A stretch of 63,997 nt of DNA, filler included, from Basidiobolus ranarum (GCA_040143965.1; 3 parts of 3 records of this genome joined end to end with filler, not necessarily neighbours in it), one strand, 5' to 3'; positions 37,123 through 48,595 are shown, counted from the first letter of the whole stretch. Notes: generated from the sequence alone by a model not told the origin. A program made the numbers and translations.

Positions 37123-37201
37123 TATTTACTTTAAGATAACATACAAATGAATCAATGTAAACAAAAACAAAATTCCATGTAATCTCGATGATGACTGCAA
37201 A

Positions 37202-37254
37202 GGGACATTAAAGGGAGTTGCTTAATTTTTTCTTTGTTTCTCTTCATCGAGTAG
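37202..37254 (+). pseudogene. 3'-half U5 fragment
   Basis: GGGACATTAAAGGGAGTTGCTTAATTTTTTCTTTGTTTCTCTTCATCGAGTAG aligns to the 3' half of the U5 copies; loop I is absent. Confidence 0.7.
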
Positions 37255-37636
37255 TTCGACCTTGTTTTTCAAAACAATCAAACTATATGTTCATTCATTA
37301 TCTGCTTATTTTGTAACACGGTTTAAGCAAAATATTGTTTTAGGCTGCTAAAATAATCTACAAATTATGCCAATCTAGATCTAAGCCACTTGACGTCATC
37401 AGTCAAAGAGATAAATCAAAGTTAGATGGCTTTTCCTTAAGTGATAACATATACACAACATGTTACACGGGACATAATCCAATTCCGGGTACTAACATAA
37501 ACAGCAAAAGCCCTGAATGATCACGAGTAAGATGACCAATACATCATCCAAGGCTCATCAGGATCATGTAGCTAGTCCTCAAAAAGAGCGTCTTTCATCA
37601 CTCAAAAAAAATGAGCAAGTAGACAAGATAAAATAC

Positions 37637-37726
37637 CTCATACTCGTCTCTTTTTCATTAATCAGATAAAGCTTTCGCTTTTTACTAAAGATTTACGTAG
37701 TGAAGGCACATTCAAAAGAACTATCC
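37637..37726 (+). pseudogene. Decayed U5 copy (copy 7)
   Basis: GATAAAGCTTTCGCTTTTTACTAAAGATTTACGTAG; loop I is mutated, and there is no Sm site, 3' hairpin or upstream ACCCAYA element. Confidence 0.8.
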
Positions 37727-38185
37727 TTGAGTGAGCGGCTCAACTAGCATTAGTATTATAATATTCCAAAGTTAGTTGAGGCAGAATCGCTCACTTTTGA
37801 CACAAAGCTATTAGAAAGCCCATAACCCTATATTTGTGGCGTCTAACCTAATATACCACTAAACATACATCAATATCCATGGTTATAGAATAGGTGAACT
37901 ACTGCCAATATAATATATTGTCTCGGTGTTCTTAGATTGTCAAGAATGAGAATGTGTTACGATTCTCCAATACATGAAAAACCTCACACTTGAAACATAC
38001 CCTTAATTACTGGATACAATGTTTTAGAAACCCTCCTGATTTTGGGTAAGTCACAGTTGCCCAAGTTGATGAGATCAATATAGATACAGCATTTTATAGC
38101 GTCAATATTGAAATATATGGTAACCCATAATTCATTTATCTCATCGTTTGGAATAAAACAAACAGAGATCATGACCATGAGCAAT

Positions 38186-38311
38186 ACATCACTCTCGTTT
38201 CCTCTTCATTATGTCGGATAAATCTTTCGCCTTTTACTAAAGATTTCCGTGGAGGGGGAACATTCAAGAGAGTTGTCTAATTTTTTCCTTGTCACTCTTC
38301 AAAGAGTGACT
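38186..38311 (+). ncRNA. U5: U5 snRNA, copy 8
   Basis: Same core; 3' hairpin GTCACTCT/AGAGTGAC. Confidence 0.92.
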
Positions 38312-38696
38312 CTCTTTCAAAAATAACGAAAACAGTTGACAGTATGTGTGATTTGACTCGCATATCTTGTACGGAAGTCATTAAAACTTTAATTCATTTA
38401 GATGGATTGAAAGGATTTTCGCCTTTAATTCCTATGATTACATCGTTGTCTGAGGGGGGTTTGATGAGGCATTGGTTCGAGCTCATAGAAAATGGGAGTA
38501 CAATGAATAATATCTTATTGTCAGATATCTTGTGCCGAAACCAATCTTGGTTACTTCTACAAATTCGTTACAATCTGACACCTCAATCAATTAATTATTT
38601 GCGATAGTGGAGTTATGATAGATATTCATCGAAACCCACAATTTCAATGGCTATATTGAGCGAATATAAACCTGAAACAACATGGGTAGGGCGTAT

Positions 38697-38860
38697 GTTT
38701 CGCTCTCGTTCCCTCTTCATCATGTCGGATAAATCTTTCGCTCTCGTTCCCTCTTCATCATGTCGGATAAATCTTTCGCCTTTTACTAAAGATTTCCGTG
38801 GAGGGGGAGCATCCAAGAGAGTTGTCCAATTTTTTTCTTGCCACTTCTCACGCAGTGGCT
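38697..38860 (+). ncRNA. U5: U5 snRNA, copy 9, with a perfect 38-bp internal tandem duplication
   Basis: 38698-38735 is repeated exactly at 38736-38773, followed by an intact loop I, Sm site and hairpin GCCACT/AGTGGC. Confidence 0.85.
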
Positions 38861-39510
38861 TATTTTCTCTAAAACAACTCTCTCAAAAAGATATATTATT
38901 ACTATTACTTTAAGCATTCAATATACATTCATTTGGAGTGATACGATGGCAATGAAACTGGTGTTCAATGGATGTCAAAGAGATGATTTAAGGGTCTCAC
39001 TAATAATGGCCAGACAACAATTACGTGAAACCGACGTATCAGATCTAATTGGATTTTGCAGTGAAGCAATATAGTGATGCTTATCATGATGGTATCAATA
39101 TGTAGGGAATATATATGATATTCAATATAGGCATGTACATAATCCAACGAACTCCATAGTGATCGGTCCAATGGCGGCGTGAGCAAAACTCTAAAGCCCT
39201 CCTCTATCACTATAGCTACGACAGTACTGGCATTGATCTTTCTATCTGATCACATTTCCTTTTGGGTACTCCATCTATTGGTTATGACAATCAATAATCC
39301 ACAATTGATTCAAATGGTTCAACTCGACTGTTGATGAAGCCACTTGAAAGAATTTGTTGGAATCTACTAGGTTTCACTGGTCAGCAAATACTGGTTTATT
39401 ACACATATAGAGTTCTTGTCCAATAAAGAAAAGATTCAGATGATTGTTTACATACCACTGCTTTCTGTTTATATCACGGGCGCATAATCAGTTTCGATTG
39501 CAGAAGCATA

Positions 39511-39570
39511 ATCCTGTATTGCTTCGCTCTACTCTATAAGCCTATATCCTGTATTGCTTCACTATACTCT
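39511..39570. repeat. Short direct repeat (two ~25-bp copies, 35-bp period)
   Basis: atcctgtattgcttcgctctactct / atcctgtattgcttcactatactct. Confidence 0.6.
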
Positions 39571-40178
39571 CTCCTGTTTAATGAATAACCTGTCCTAAAT
39601 TCAATACTTGCGTTAATGATCGAGCTTGTAAGACATTGTATCCAAGTACAAAAGATGTAACGGCCTTTTCTCAGAACTTTTTCACAATACAATGGACCAT
39701 TCTTTAACCAGTCTCACCAAGCTAGTATATGAATCAATTGAATTATACTAACTTTGGGGTGATCCAATGATGCAAGTTTGCATTCTCCTATCACGAAACA
39801 GAAAATACATTTAATGACCTAATTTGGGCCTCCGTAATAACCAACGCGTTGATCTATCCACCAATTACTGGTAGTTTGTTATTGCATTACCAGTGTTCAT
39901 TGTATGCTAAAGCTCGACTCCATCTGTTTCAGTATGGAATACTCAACTATTTGGTAATATTAACGATTCAGGAGGCTGATTGATATATATCCACAAGTCC
40001 CTTTCATGATGGATCTCTTTGATCCCAAGATCCACTTCCAAAAATCTATATAAGCGTTTAGAGTATCTCTGCACCGTATAGCTCATTTTTATTTGCAAGC
40101 CACAATCACCCAAGATTATAGCTCTTCGACCGCTTTATTCAAATTCTACTTCATTCTTGCATTACAAATAAGTCAAAG

Positions 40179-41069
40179 ATGGCTCTTGTTGTACCTACAA
40201 ATGGCCTTACTCCTGCACAGCACAGTTACAGATTTCCTATGGATATTCCTACCATAGAAAGTTCATCACCTGATAATGAATCCTCCTCTTTTGAACCGAG
40301 TTCGCCTCACAGATTCAGAAAGTTTAGTTGGACATCCAACTCTTCCGACCAAAACTTCTTACCAAGTCCTCCTAAATCACGTAAAGGTAGTGCATGCTCC
40401 GCCCTCTCCGAGAATTCTGCCCTATATTGCCGTTCTAGAAGACGTAGCAGTTTTTCTACCCTTAGCCATATAGATGAAGAAGCTGTTCTCATTGGAGTTC
40501 AAAACACACCAGACTCACGTTCATGTCCTCATCTTGTATTTTCACAACCAAAACTTCTAGGTGGTTCTCAGGCCAGCACTATCAACGGATATTTATCACA
40601 TGAAAATGAGGTATTCACCTCCTTGGCCCTTGACATTAACCCCAAAACGCATCATGTTTCGGAAGTCTTTCAACTAAGCGACAAAAAACTTTTAGTCATA
40701 ATCGAAAACTTCCTCACCAACTGCACCGATATTTACCATGACAGTATCCGAAACATCTCCTCCGCCATCAGCAATAACGCACCTAAACTCACTTTAAACA
40801 AGCTTTACGATTTATGCGCCCTTGATGAGAGTAAGCGAGTTCTCGCATTCTATAATATACTAAAGGGTGAATTGGTGATTGTATCTTACAAATTCGCCAA
40901 GGAAAACTCTTACTCCAAACAAATCCTTCATATGCTTCCACATTTCGGACATCGTGCTCTCAGAATTCGTAAATTACTATTCGTACTAGGAACTAGCGAT
41001 CTAATATTCATTGAATCTACGAACTCATACAAAACCTTCGACATGCTTACCGGTCGACTTCGTCAGTGA
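40179..41069 (+). CDS. Hypothetical protein (Ser-rich N-terminus, globular C-terminus), intronless
   Basis: 296-aa ORF with an upstream TATATAA at about 40047; no family recognised. Confidence 0.7.
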   Translation: MALVVPTNGLTPAQHSYRFPMDIPTIESSSPDNESSSFEPSSPHRFRKFSWTSNSSDQNFLPSPPKSRKGSACSALSENSALYCRSRRRSSFSTLSHIDEEAVLIGVQNTPDSRSCPHLVFSQPKLLGGSQASTINGYLSHENEVFTSLALDINPKTHHVSEVFQLSDKKLLVIIENFLTNCTDIYHDSIRNISSAISNNAPKLTLNKLYDLCALDESKRVLAFYNILKGELVIVSYKFAKENSYSKQILHMLPHFGHRALRIRKLLFVLGTSDLIFIESTNSYKTFDMLTGRLRQ

Positions 41070-42375
41070 GGGACCACTCTCCACCTCTATCCCCACGCCA
41101 AATCCGAGCCTCTTTCTTTCTGTAAATCATAAGCGACCATTTCAACACTATGTAAATACCACCAACTAGTGGCATCAGCTTTTTGTTTACACATTCAAAA
41201 AGCACAACACTCTGTATATTGTGATTTCAGTCATGTAATGTCTATACCTTCACATAGCATACTTCATAGTTAATATTTTGCTGAGTATCTTTACTCTTTT
41301 CCCATCACAAATATTCCCGTAATTTCACCATTTATGAACAGTAAAATCAAAAAGGCGATATTAAACATCAACTATGGCTATGCTATATATATATATGTAT
41401 ATTCACTTACTAGAAATGCGATTTCGGTTATCGTACCTATTGACCGCTTATGTTCCTTGGTTAATTAGTTTTAGTTTAGTTAAAAGATTAGCGCGGTTAG
41501 ATTAAAGCCCACCTGATGAAGATATCGATAATACTCTAAACAGTCAGGACATTTGGTCATGTGATGATTCTAAATATATAATCAGGGAAGGGATATTATT
41601 AGTTAAGTGGTTTAGGAGCAGTTTAACACTAGTAAAAAGATTAAGATAATGACCTAACCTAAACTTAATATGGTCTCCTGTTTGATTAATCCCCATTCAA
41701 TGGCAACCAATGCACCATCATCAACCCAAGAATTTGATGAGCCAAGAAATTGGCGATCAGATGACCCTGTCAAAGGGCACCAAGACCTTGTCACCCCTAC
41801 TGATGTAACACAGAGAAAACCTAAATCATGTGAGAAAGCGAGGATTTAGGAACATTAGTCATGTGAGGCAGTTGAAGGAGTGTAAGAGTACACAGTTTGT
41901 CATAATACATCGTTGAGAGAAAAGTCTCGTAGAAAAGACTTTCTAACAATGGAGTTTCCGTGCTAAACATATGTGGATTTCACTTCAGCACCATTACAAA
42001 TACTTGGATGCTTAATCGAGAATTAATTGAGGATTCCCCAACGCTGAATAACCAGATTTCCAGATTGTCCTTAAATTGCGATACATTTCGATTTATAAGT
42101 CATCACGGCAATCGGGGCCGCACTTTTTGGGTTGAGTCGATACAATAGATTATTAATCTATGACTAAAGCCAAGTGATCGAAGTATAGTATTAGTCATAA
42201 TCACAATCCCTTTTTTGGCTAGCAGTTACGGTTATACGCTCGGCGAATTTCCCATTTCGATCAATAATTTGGGTTTCAGAGTCAGATGTGACCTATTAGG
42301 CTTGGTATTTAAGGAGAACGCCTCTCTGATAGTCGGCCATCTCACATTCATATTTTGGCATTACAAAAGATAGAA

Positions 42376-43188
42376 ATGAACACTTCATGCAACACCAAAG
42401 TAAGCCCAGATCAAACGAAACTGAACGGAATTGTCGGTATGTACCATAATACTTACCATCCCTGTATGAACAAAGTGCTAACATTTGAAATTTTAGATAC
42501 AGCAGTAGCAATCGTTGATTCAATATGGCCTAATCATTCCAGCAGCAAAGAATCTCAAATAATATCATTACGCACATTCATCAATGTGATTATTATTCGC
42601 TCCAAAACATCCCTTCCGGTTCTTCAAACCGCTTTACTTTACTTACTAAGGGTAAAGTTAGCAGGGAGATACAAGCACGCACAGAAAGATACCCCCGATT
42701 ATTCAAAGTGTGGACGTCGAATGCTACTAGCCTCTATAATTGTAGCATCGAAATTCATCCAAGATCGTAATTGTAAGAACGCAGCCTGGGCCAAGGCGAC
42801 CAACTCTAGCGTATCTGAAGTCAACTCCATGGAGATGGCGTTTTTGGAAATGATCGATTATCGACTTTTTGTCTCTAGCAAGGTTTTTCAGCAATGGACC
42901 AAGTTACTTTCCAATTTCACTTGCGCACAGCAGATTCAATGTCTTCTAAGGGTGCTCTCCTGTAAGAAACGTCAACTAAGCTCACCCCCAGCAACTATTG
43001 AGCCCTTAAAATCCAGATTCGCACCCTATCACACGAATAGGCCCTCCAAAAATAACTTCCCCCCTATTACCAATTCATGGCAAGAGAAGCCCACCAATGA
43101 ATGCAACCGATTCTCCATTAATTTTTTGTTATCCTCGGATGTAACTATCCCTGATGCCAACGCCATTTCGAAGCTCTATTTTGAATAA
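42376..43188 (+). CDS. PCL/Pho80-family cyclin
   Basis: Cyclin box LRTFINVIIIRSKTSLPVLQTALLYLLR...CGRRMLLASIIVASKFIQDRNCKNAAWAK...EVNSMEMAFLEMIDYRLFV; first ATG at 42376. Confidence 0.92.
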   Translation: MNTSCNTKVSPDQTKLNGIVGMYHNTYHPCMNKVLTFEILDTAVAIVDSIWPNHSSSKESQIISLRTFINVIIIRSKTSLPVLQTALLYLLRVKLAGRYKHAQKDTPDYSKCGRRMLLASIIVASKFIQDRNCKNAAWAKATNSSVSEVNSMEMAFLEMIDYRLFVSSKVFQQWTKLLSNFTCAQQIQCLLRVLSCKKRQLSSPPATIEPLKSRFAPYHTNRPSKNNFPPITNSWQEKPTNECNRFSINFLLSSDVTIPDANAISKLYFE

Positions 43189-45368
43189 TCATCCACATTT
43201 GACGCAACCCTCAGATATATGTCACATCCCAGCATTGCCTTTGAAAAAGAGCACCTTTTGTAAACATTATCCACCTCATCATTACCCCATTTCCCATCTC
43301 GATTTTGTAAATTCATCCATGTCTTGTTCTCTAGAGATAGAATTGTAAACACTATGTAATAATAAGTATTTTAATGCATTGATTAACTTTTATTTGTTCG
43401 TATCCCCTTGGTACTTTACAAATTAGCTATTATGGAGGATATCTGCTGGTTAGCATGGAGATTGATTGTATGTATATAGTACATAGTACCCTCCATTAAT
43501 ACGATGAAGAAAAATGGCTATAGACCTGGTAACAGTATCGCCGTGATGATTCTCATCCATGTCCTAAATGATGACTCGTGATCAACTAAACAATGTTGGC
43601 GAGTCTCGGCTTCATAATAATAAATCTCACCCAAATTGACACGCAATCTAGCAATCATAAAATTTGTGATTAAAATGCCAACCCCAATGATATTCAGGTT
43701 TAACTAGCTCTTCACCCTATATGCTCCGATTCTCTCACCACTGAGGTAAACATATTTAAGTTCCTCGTTAAAAACATTGATTGCTTGGGTGTTGGGGTGT
43801 GAGATTTGCCCTTTGATTGGGTACATGCTACATATATAGTGAGACCCAAGGATGAATCAGAGGTTTATCCCATTGGATATAGAGATAGGTGTCATTAACC
43901 AATCACACTGTATGTGCAACAGGGGCTGGATCCGCAGTTGTTCGTCCGCAGACAGCATGCATCTGCACTGGTACTTATGTATATATATCTATGGCTTATT
44001 AGCAGCACCAGCTAGCTAAAGGAAGTGATCATCTTCATACTGAGTAATGTGGGTGAGTGAAGGTAAGTAAATGAGAGTAAAAGGAACGAACAAGAGATCG
44101 AGTGTGATTTCAGCGACACTCAATCAATCTGCCGCAATTGATAATTCTTGATTTCAGCCAATGTACCCTAATGGCTGTTGTTACCAGTAGCACAATAACC
44201 TATATATACTCTAGTTGCAGTATTTGTCCGCTGCGGACAGTTGGGGATATTGATATGATTCAAGTTGGAATAAAATCAATCCACCAACCAACTACAAGAA
44301 CACTGGGGATCCACACAAATAATGGATTTACAACTGCAGTATCGAGTTATTCTAAACATGTTTCATTTCTTTCGATTAGTTCCATTGGAATATTTCCTGA
44401 TTATGGGTGGATATTTTCGGGGTTTTCCAAGATGACATGATTAAGTGCTGCGTCTCTGATTGATTGTTTCGGAAATGAAATTGCGCATACAGCCTTGAAT
44501 TGCTGAGTCCTCGAATCTGCTGATTTTTTTACTGAATCTCTTGACTCGTGCTTTGCTTTGCTTTGACTTGGTAAAATTTTCGCAATTCAAGTAACGCTCT
44601 CTTGTTGAACTTCCGTGCTATTTTTTTACAAGTTATTTAGTTTCGGTGCTAGTATTCGCTATATTCTCAGCAGATATCAGCACTTCAAGTCAAATCCACA
44701 CTTACTAAACGAATAGTTTCGCTGTTTCCTAACATCCACCTCGAATTTCCCTCTCTACATTTTACTACTTTTATTCAAACCTTTATTATCGCACAAAACT
44801 ATAGTTCTAAAGTACGAAGATGGCTCACCGTTTGTATTAGAGCTTTAAAGGTTTTATTAGTTTTATCTCAGAAAAAGATTCGTACGTTACGAAACAACTA
44901 CCACAACTTTTCAACTCACCTCGCAGTTTATGCTAATACAGCGTTACCTATTTTCGCACTACTAAGACTACTAGAAAAGAAAGAAAAAGTTCCCTAACAA
45001 TACCTCCTTCCTTCTTCCTTTAGTTAGTTAACTCATTGTAAGAAGCTTCCACCAACACGAATACTTTGAATAGTATTTTTTGAACCGTTTTACCCCTCCT
45101 TCCACACCCACTTCAACTTTTATTTGACACTAGCTTGAAAGTGAAGATTCAATAAGCTTTTAAATATTTGAACCTCTACTTTCGGCACACCCTTTCCAAC
45201 GATATGCAAACGCAAAAAATCCCCACAGGACTTACTTTGGTGACTGGTCAAACTCAGCACTGGAATAACGATTCCGCTCCCCTCTTGCGCCGCCAAGCGG
45301 CCTTCTGTGGGAGCGTTGACGGCCGAGTTCTGAGTGGACCTCAACATAATATCGATGTCGCTCTTTCC

Positions 45369-46827
45369 TCACAAAATTCTCTCCCTTCTATCCACCCAGC
45401 CAAAATACCTCTTGAAGACAACTCTGTTACACCGTTCAATATCAATGCTGAGCAAGGTTACGTGNNNNNNNNNNNNNNNNNNNNNNNNNNNNNNNNNNNN
45501 NNNNNNNNTTAATTAATTAANNNNNNNNNNNNNNNNNNNNNNNNNNNNNNNNNNNNNNNNNNNNCACAAGACGATCACCTACATCTACTCCCACCTCTTT
45601 GAATTGTCCAAGGTGTAGCTCTTCCAGATCAGGACAGTGCATTACCACCTCTCGCAACTCTTGTGGAAGGAGTGCCAGGCTGCTGATATCTAGTGTATGT
45701 ATTCCACGTCCATGCTTACTTAGTGAAGAGAGCAGACCGGTAATTCTACCTTCTTTGGAGTGGAGCCTCAAGGATTTCAAGTGTCCTGATGACCTGGTCA
45801 ACAATCTGTCCCAAGATTGGTTTGATATGTCGAGGCTTTGGAGTGTTACTTCTTGTAAACGGCGAGCTCCATCGAATATTTGAACCATACACTCATCACC
45901 TATAGATGTCATTCCTCGAAGTTCTAGCTTGTGAAGCCCTGAGCACTCCCCTAATCTCTCGAAAGCTCGGTGGATATGCTCGACTTCTATCTCTTCGCTC
46001 CGATTCATATGGAATTGGTCAACATCAAACGATACAGAGGTAAGACTTCCACTCTGGCTGTCTACCAAAGCCTCAATTGTTGTATAGATAGAGGAGAAAT
46101 CCACGCACTTCACCTGTAGCTCCTGCAGTCTATTCTGACCAAGGCTAGTGATCACTCGGGCAAGCTGCTCACCACATAGTGTTTGCGTAGAGATGTGAAG
46201 TTTACGAAGACTAGGGCAAGCGCGGATAATAACTGAGGCTTCGGCTTCATCGAAAGTCTCCATTTTAATTTGCAATGCTCTCAGAAGTGGAAGTTGAATG
46301 TCTCTCGGAATCAATACTGTGAGTGAAGTCTTATGGGTTCTCAGATCTACTAGACGATTGGAGCATTCATTGGATACAAGAGACCATAGTAATTGAGCTA
46401 CTTGGCTGCCATAAGAAGAGTCGTGAGGACTACGTTGTACGAAGTTAAGGACGGATTCAATCCAACCAAGATCAATAGTGCGCAGATAAAGATGGTACTG
46501 TTGATCTCGCGATTTAGATTTTAAACTTCTTTCTAGGGTTTTCAGAAGCTTTATCGTAATGACTTTCGTGTATTTTGCATCGTACTTCATGTCGTGTATG
46601 AGGGTACAGGGATCTCTGTAAAGCTCTCTGGAGCATTGAGCTTTCCATTGATTGCTAATTTGCATGCATGCATGTAAAGTTTGAACATCATATTTTATCC
46701 AGTTCAGAATGTTGGCAACTCCTTGGGCGTGAATAAGAAACATGATTAAATGAAGAATTGAGTGGAATATCAACATTCTTAAATACAGATCAGACGATTG
46801 AATATGGGATTGAATATGCGCATCCAT
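45369..46827 (-). CDS. F-box-like + RNI-type LRR protein, interrupted by an assembly gap
   Basis: LHACMQISNQW F-box-like motif and repeated LxxLxL LRRs. A frame left of the gap (HVTLLSIDIERCNRV...TGA at 45369) plausibly supplies the C-terminus. Start is uncertain. Confidence 0.78.
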
Positions 46828-47454
46828 TATTATTGATTCGATTTATTTACCATGCAAGCTTTTGATTCGATCTTGGCGGCAGAGTTTTGGGTGATTCAAA
46901 GAACCTATCACTCTCTGTCCCAATTAACGAAGTTTTGGCTAAAGTTCAATCCGCTCTCAGTGACCAATAGTGTGCTGTATAATTCAGCGTCGATGCTACT
47001 AGCTAATTATTATTCTATTGCTTCCGTCATATGTTTACTGGTCAATGGACCTGAGCTGCGACGCAACCTTATCTCAAATAGAAGCATTCATAAACGTCAT
47101 TGTTGGAGCTTTAAGTCAGTCATTCATAATGTGTGGAGTTGTTCTTAATTCATTTGTTGTGGGTATTCGGCGTTTCAGTTGTTCTGGGTACTCTCTGTTT
47201 CAATCACCTATGCTTCAGTCATTTGCTAGAATCAGTGCACTGATACTCAGCCCGATACATAACTAGCAACAACCTACTAAGCATCGTGAAGTTAGACACA
47301 GTAATTCTTGATTTATCTAATCTAATTTAGCATAGATCTCAAATAAAGATCTCAGTAATCTACATCTTCAATTGATTAGATTTGATAAGTGCCTTACTAT
47401 AAATTGCTGAGCAGCAGTACGGGGCGCAGTTTATCACATTCATTTCCTGTCTCA

Positions 47455-48595
47455 ATGACTCGAGTTTCCTTTGCAAGAATTACTGTTCCGGCTACATCTG
47501 CTAACATTGGGCCAGGCTTTGATGTACTTGGTCTCGCTTTATCATTATATTTAACAGTAGAGGTAACCATTTATCCCCCAGGTCTTAACAATAGAGACTC
47601 TGTAAAACTCACTTATGAAGGAGATGGTGCTGAGACAATGTGCCTGATACCTGAGAAGAATTTGGTTACCAAAACTGCACTCTACGTTTTATCTTGTTTT
47701 GGTCGCGATTTTCCCAAGCCTATAGCCATCCATATTAAAAACCCCATTCCCTTAGGACGAGGTTTGGGCTCTTCAGGATCGGCGGTAGTTGCTGGTGTAG
47801 CTCTAGCGAATTTTGTTGGAGACTTGAATCTTAGCAAAGAACGAATGTTGGACTTTATACTACAGATTGAAAGTCATCCCGACAATGTTGTTGCTGCTCT
47901 TATGGGTGGATTTGTCGCTGGATATCTACGCAACCCCCCACGCTCCCTCAATACGCAACCTCCTATTGGAGTAGGCTCATACGTTCGCTTAGGATGGGCG
48001 AAGGAGATCAAAGCAATCGCTATTATTCCACAATTTGAGTTGGCTACCGAGAAAGCTAGAAAAGCTTTACCTTTAAAGTATATTAAAGAGGATGTTGTAA
48101 GTATCCTATTAGGTATTTCATTAGCACGTCATATATGTGTGGTAAAAATGACTAATTATGAATGGTAGATCTTCAATTTACAGCGTTTAACTATCCTCAC
48201 TGCTGCTTTAAGCCGTTCTCCTCCAGATGCTGAAAAGATTTACGAAGCAATGCAGGATAAAGTCCATCAGCCCTACCGTAAACATCTAGTATGTTGGCCA
48301 TGTGACTTTAAGACATAAGCATCAAATTAACCCCACTATTTTCTAGATTCCTGGTCTTCCGGAAATTATCGAAACTATAACTCCAAGCTCTCACCCAGGA
48401 TTAGTGGGGGTTTGTTTGAGTGGAGCTGGGCCTACCATACTTGCATTGGCTACTCATAATTTTGATCAGATTGCAGCCGACGCTCAAAAGATCTTTGCCC
48501 GCCAATCTCCTGGAATTGATACTGTTGTTAAGTTATTAGATATTGTAGAAGATGGCTGTGAGTGCCGAATCGAATTTGCCGAAGAAAAACTATAA
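47455..48595 (+). CDS. THR1: Homoserine kinase (GHMP family), 3 exons
   Basis: VPATSANIGPGFDVLGLAL, NPIPLGRGLGSSGSA, ESHPDNV, MQDKVHQPYR and CLSGAGPTILALA. Confidence 0.96.

Noticed and set aside
37817-37860. GCCCATAAC resembling the U5 upstream element
   Set aside because: No recognisable snRNA about 60 bp downstream and no well-placed TATA box.
38410-38460. TTTCGCCTTTA...GAGGGGGG as a further U5 remnant
   Set aside because: Similarity is limited to about 10 bp plus a G-run, and stem Ic cannot form; not distinguishable from chance.
30572-38860. Reading the ~125-bp dispersed repeat as a MITE, CRISPR-like array, hammerhead ribozyme or repeated peptide (PPPRKSLVKGERFIR / RINLSPFTKDFRGGG ORFs)
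   Set aside because: No terminal inverted repeats, target-site duplications or regular spacers, and no complete hammerhead core. The sequence matches U5 loop I, stems and Sm site, so the ORFs are incidental translations.
43200-45100. Long intergenic stretches (also 13100-14400 and 19300-21400) inspected for tRNA, rRNA or transposon remnants
   Set aside because: No cloverleaf, rRNA, transposase or reverse-transcriptase motifs, or terminal repeats that I could recognise by eye.
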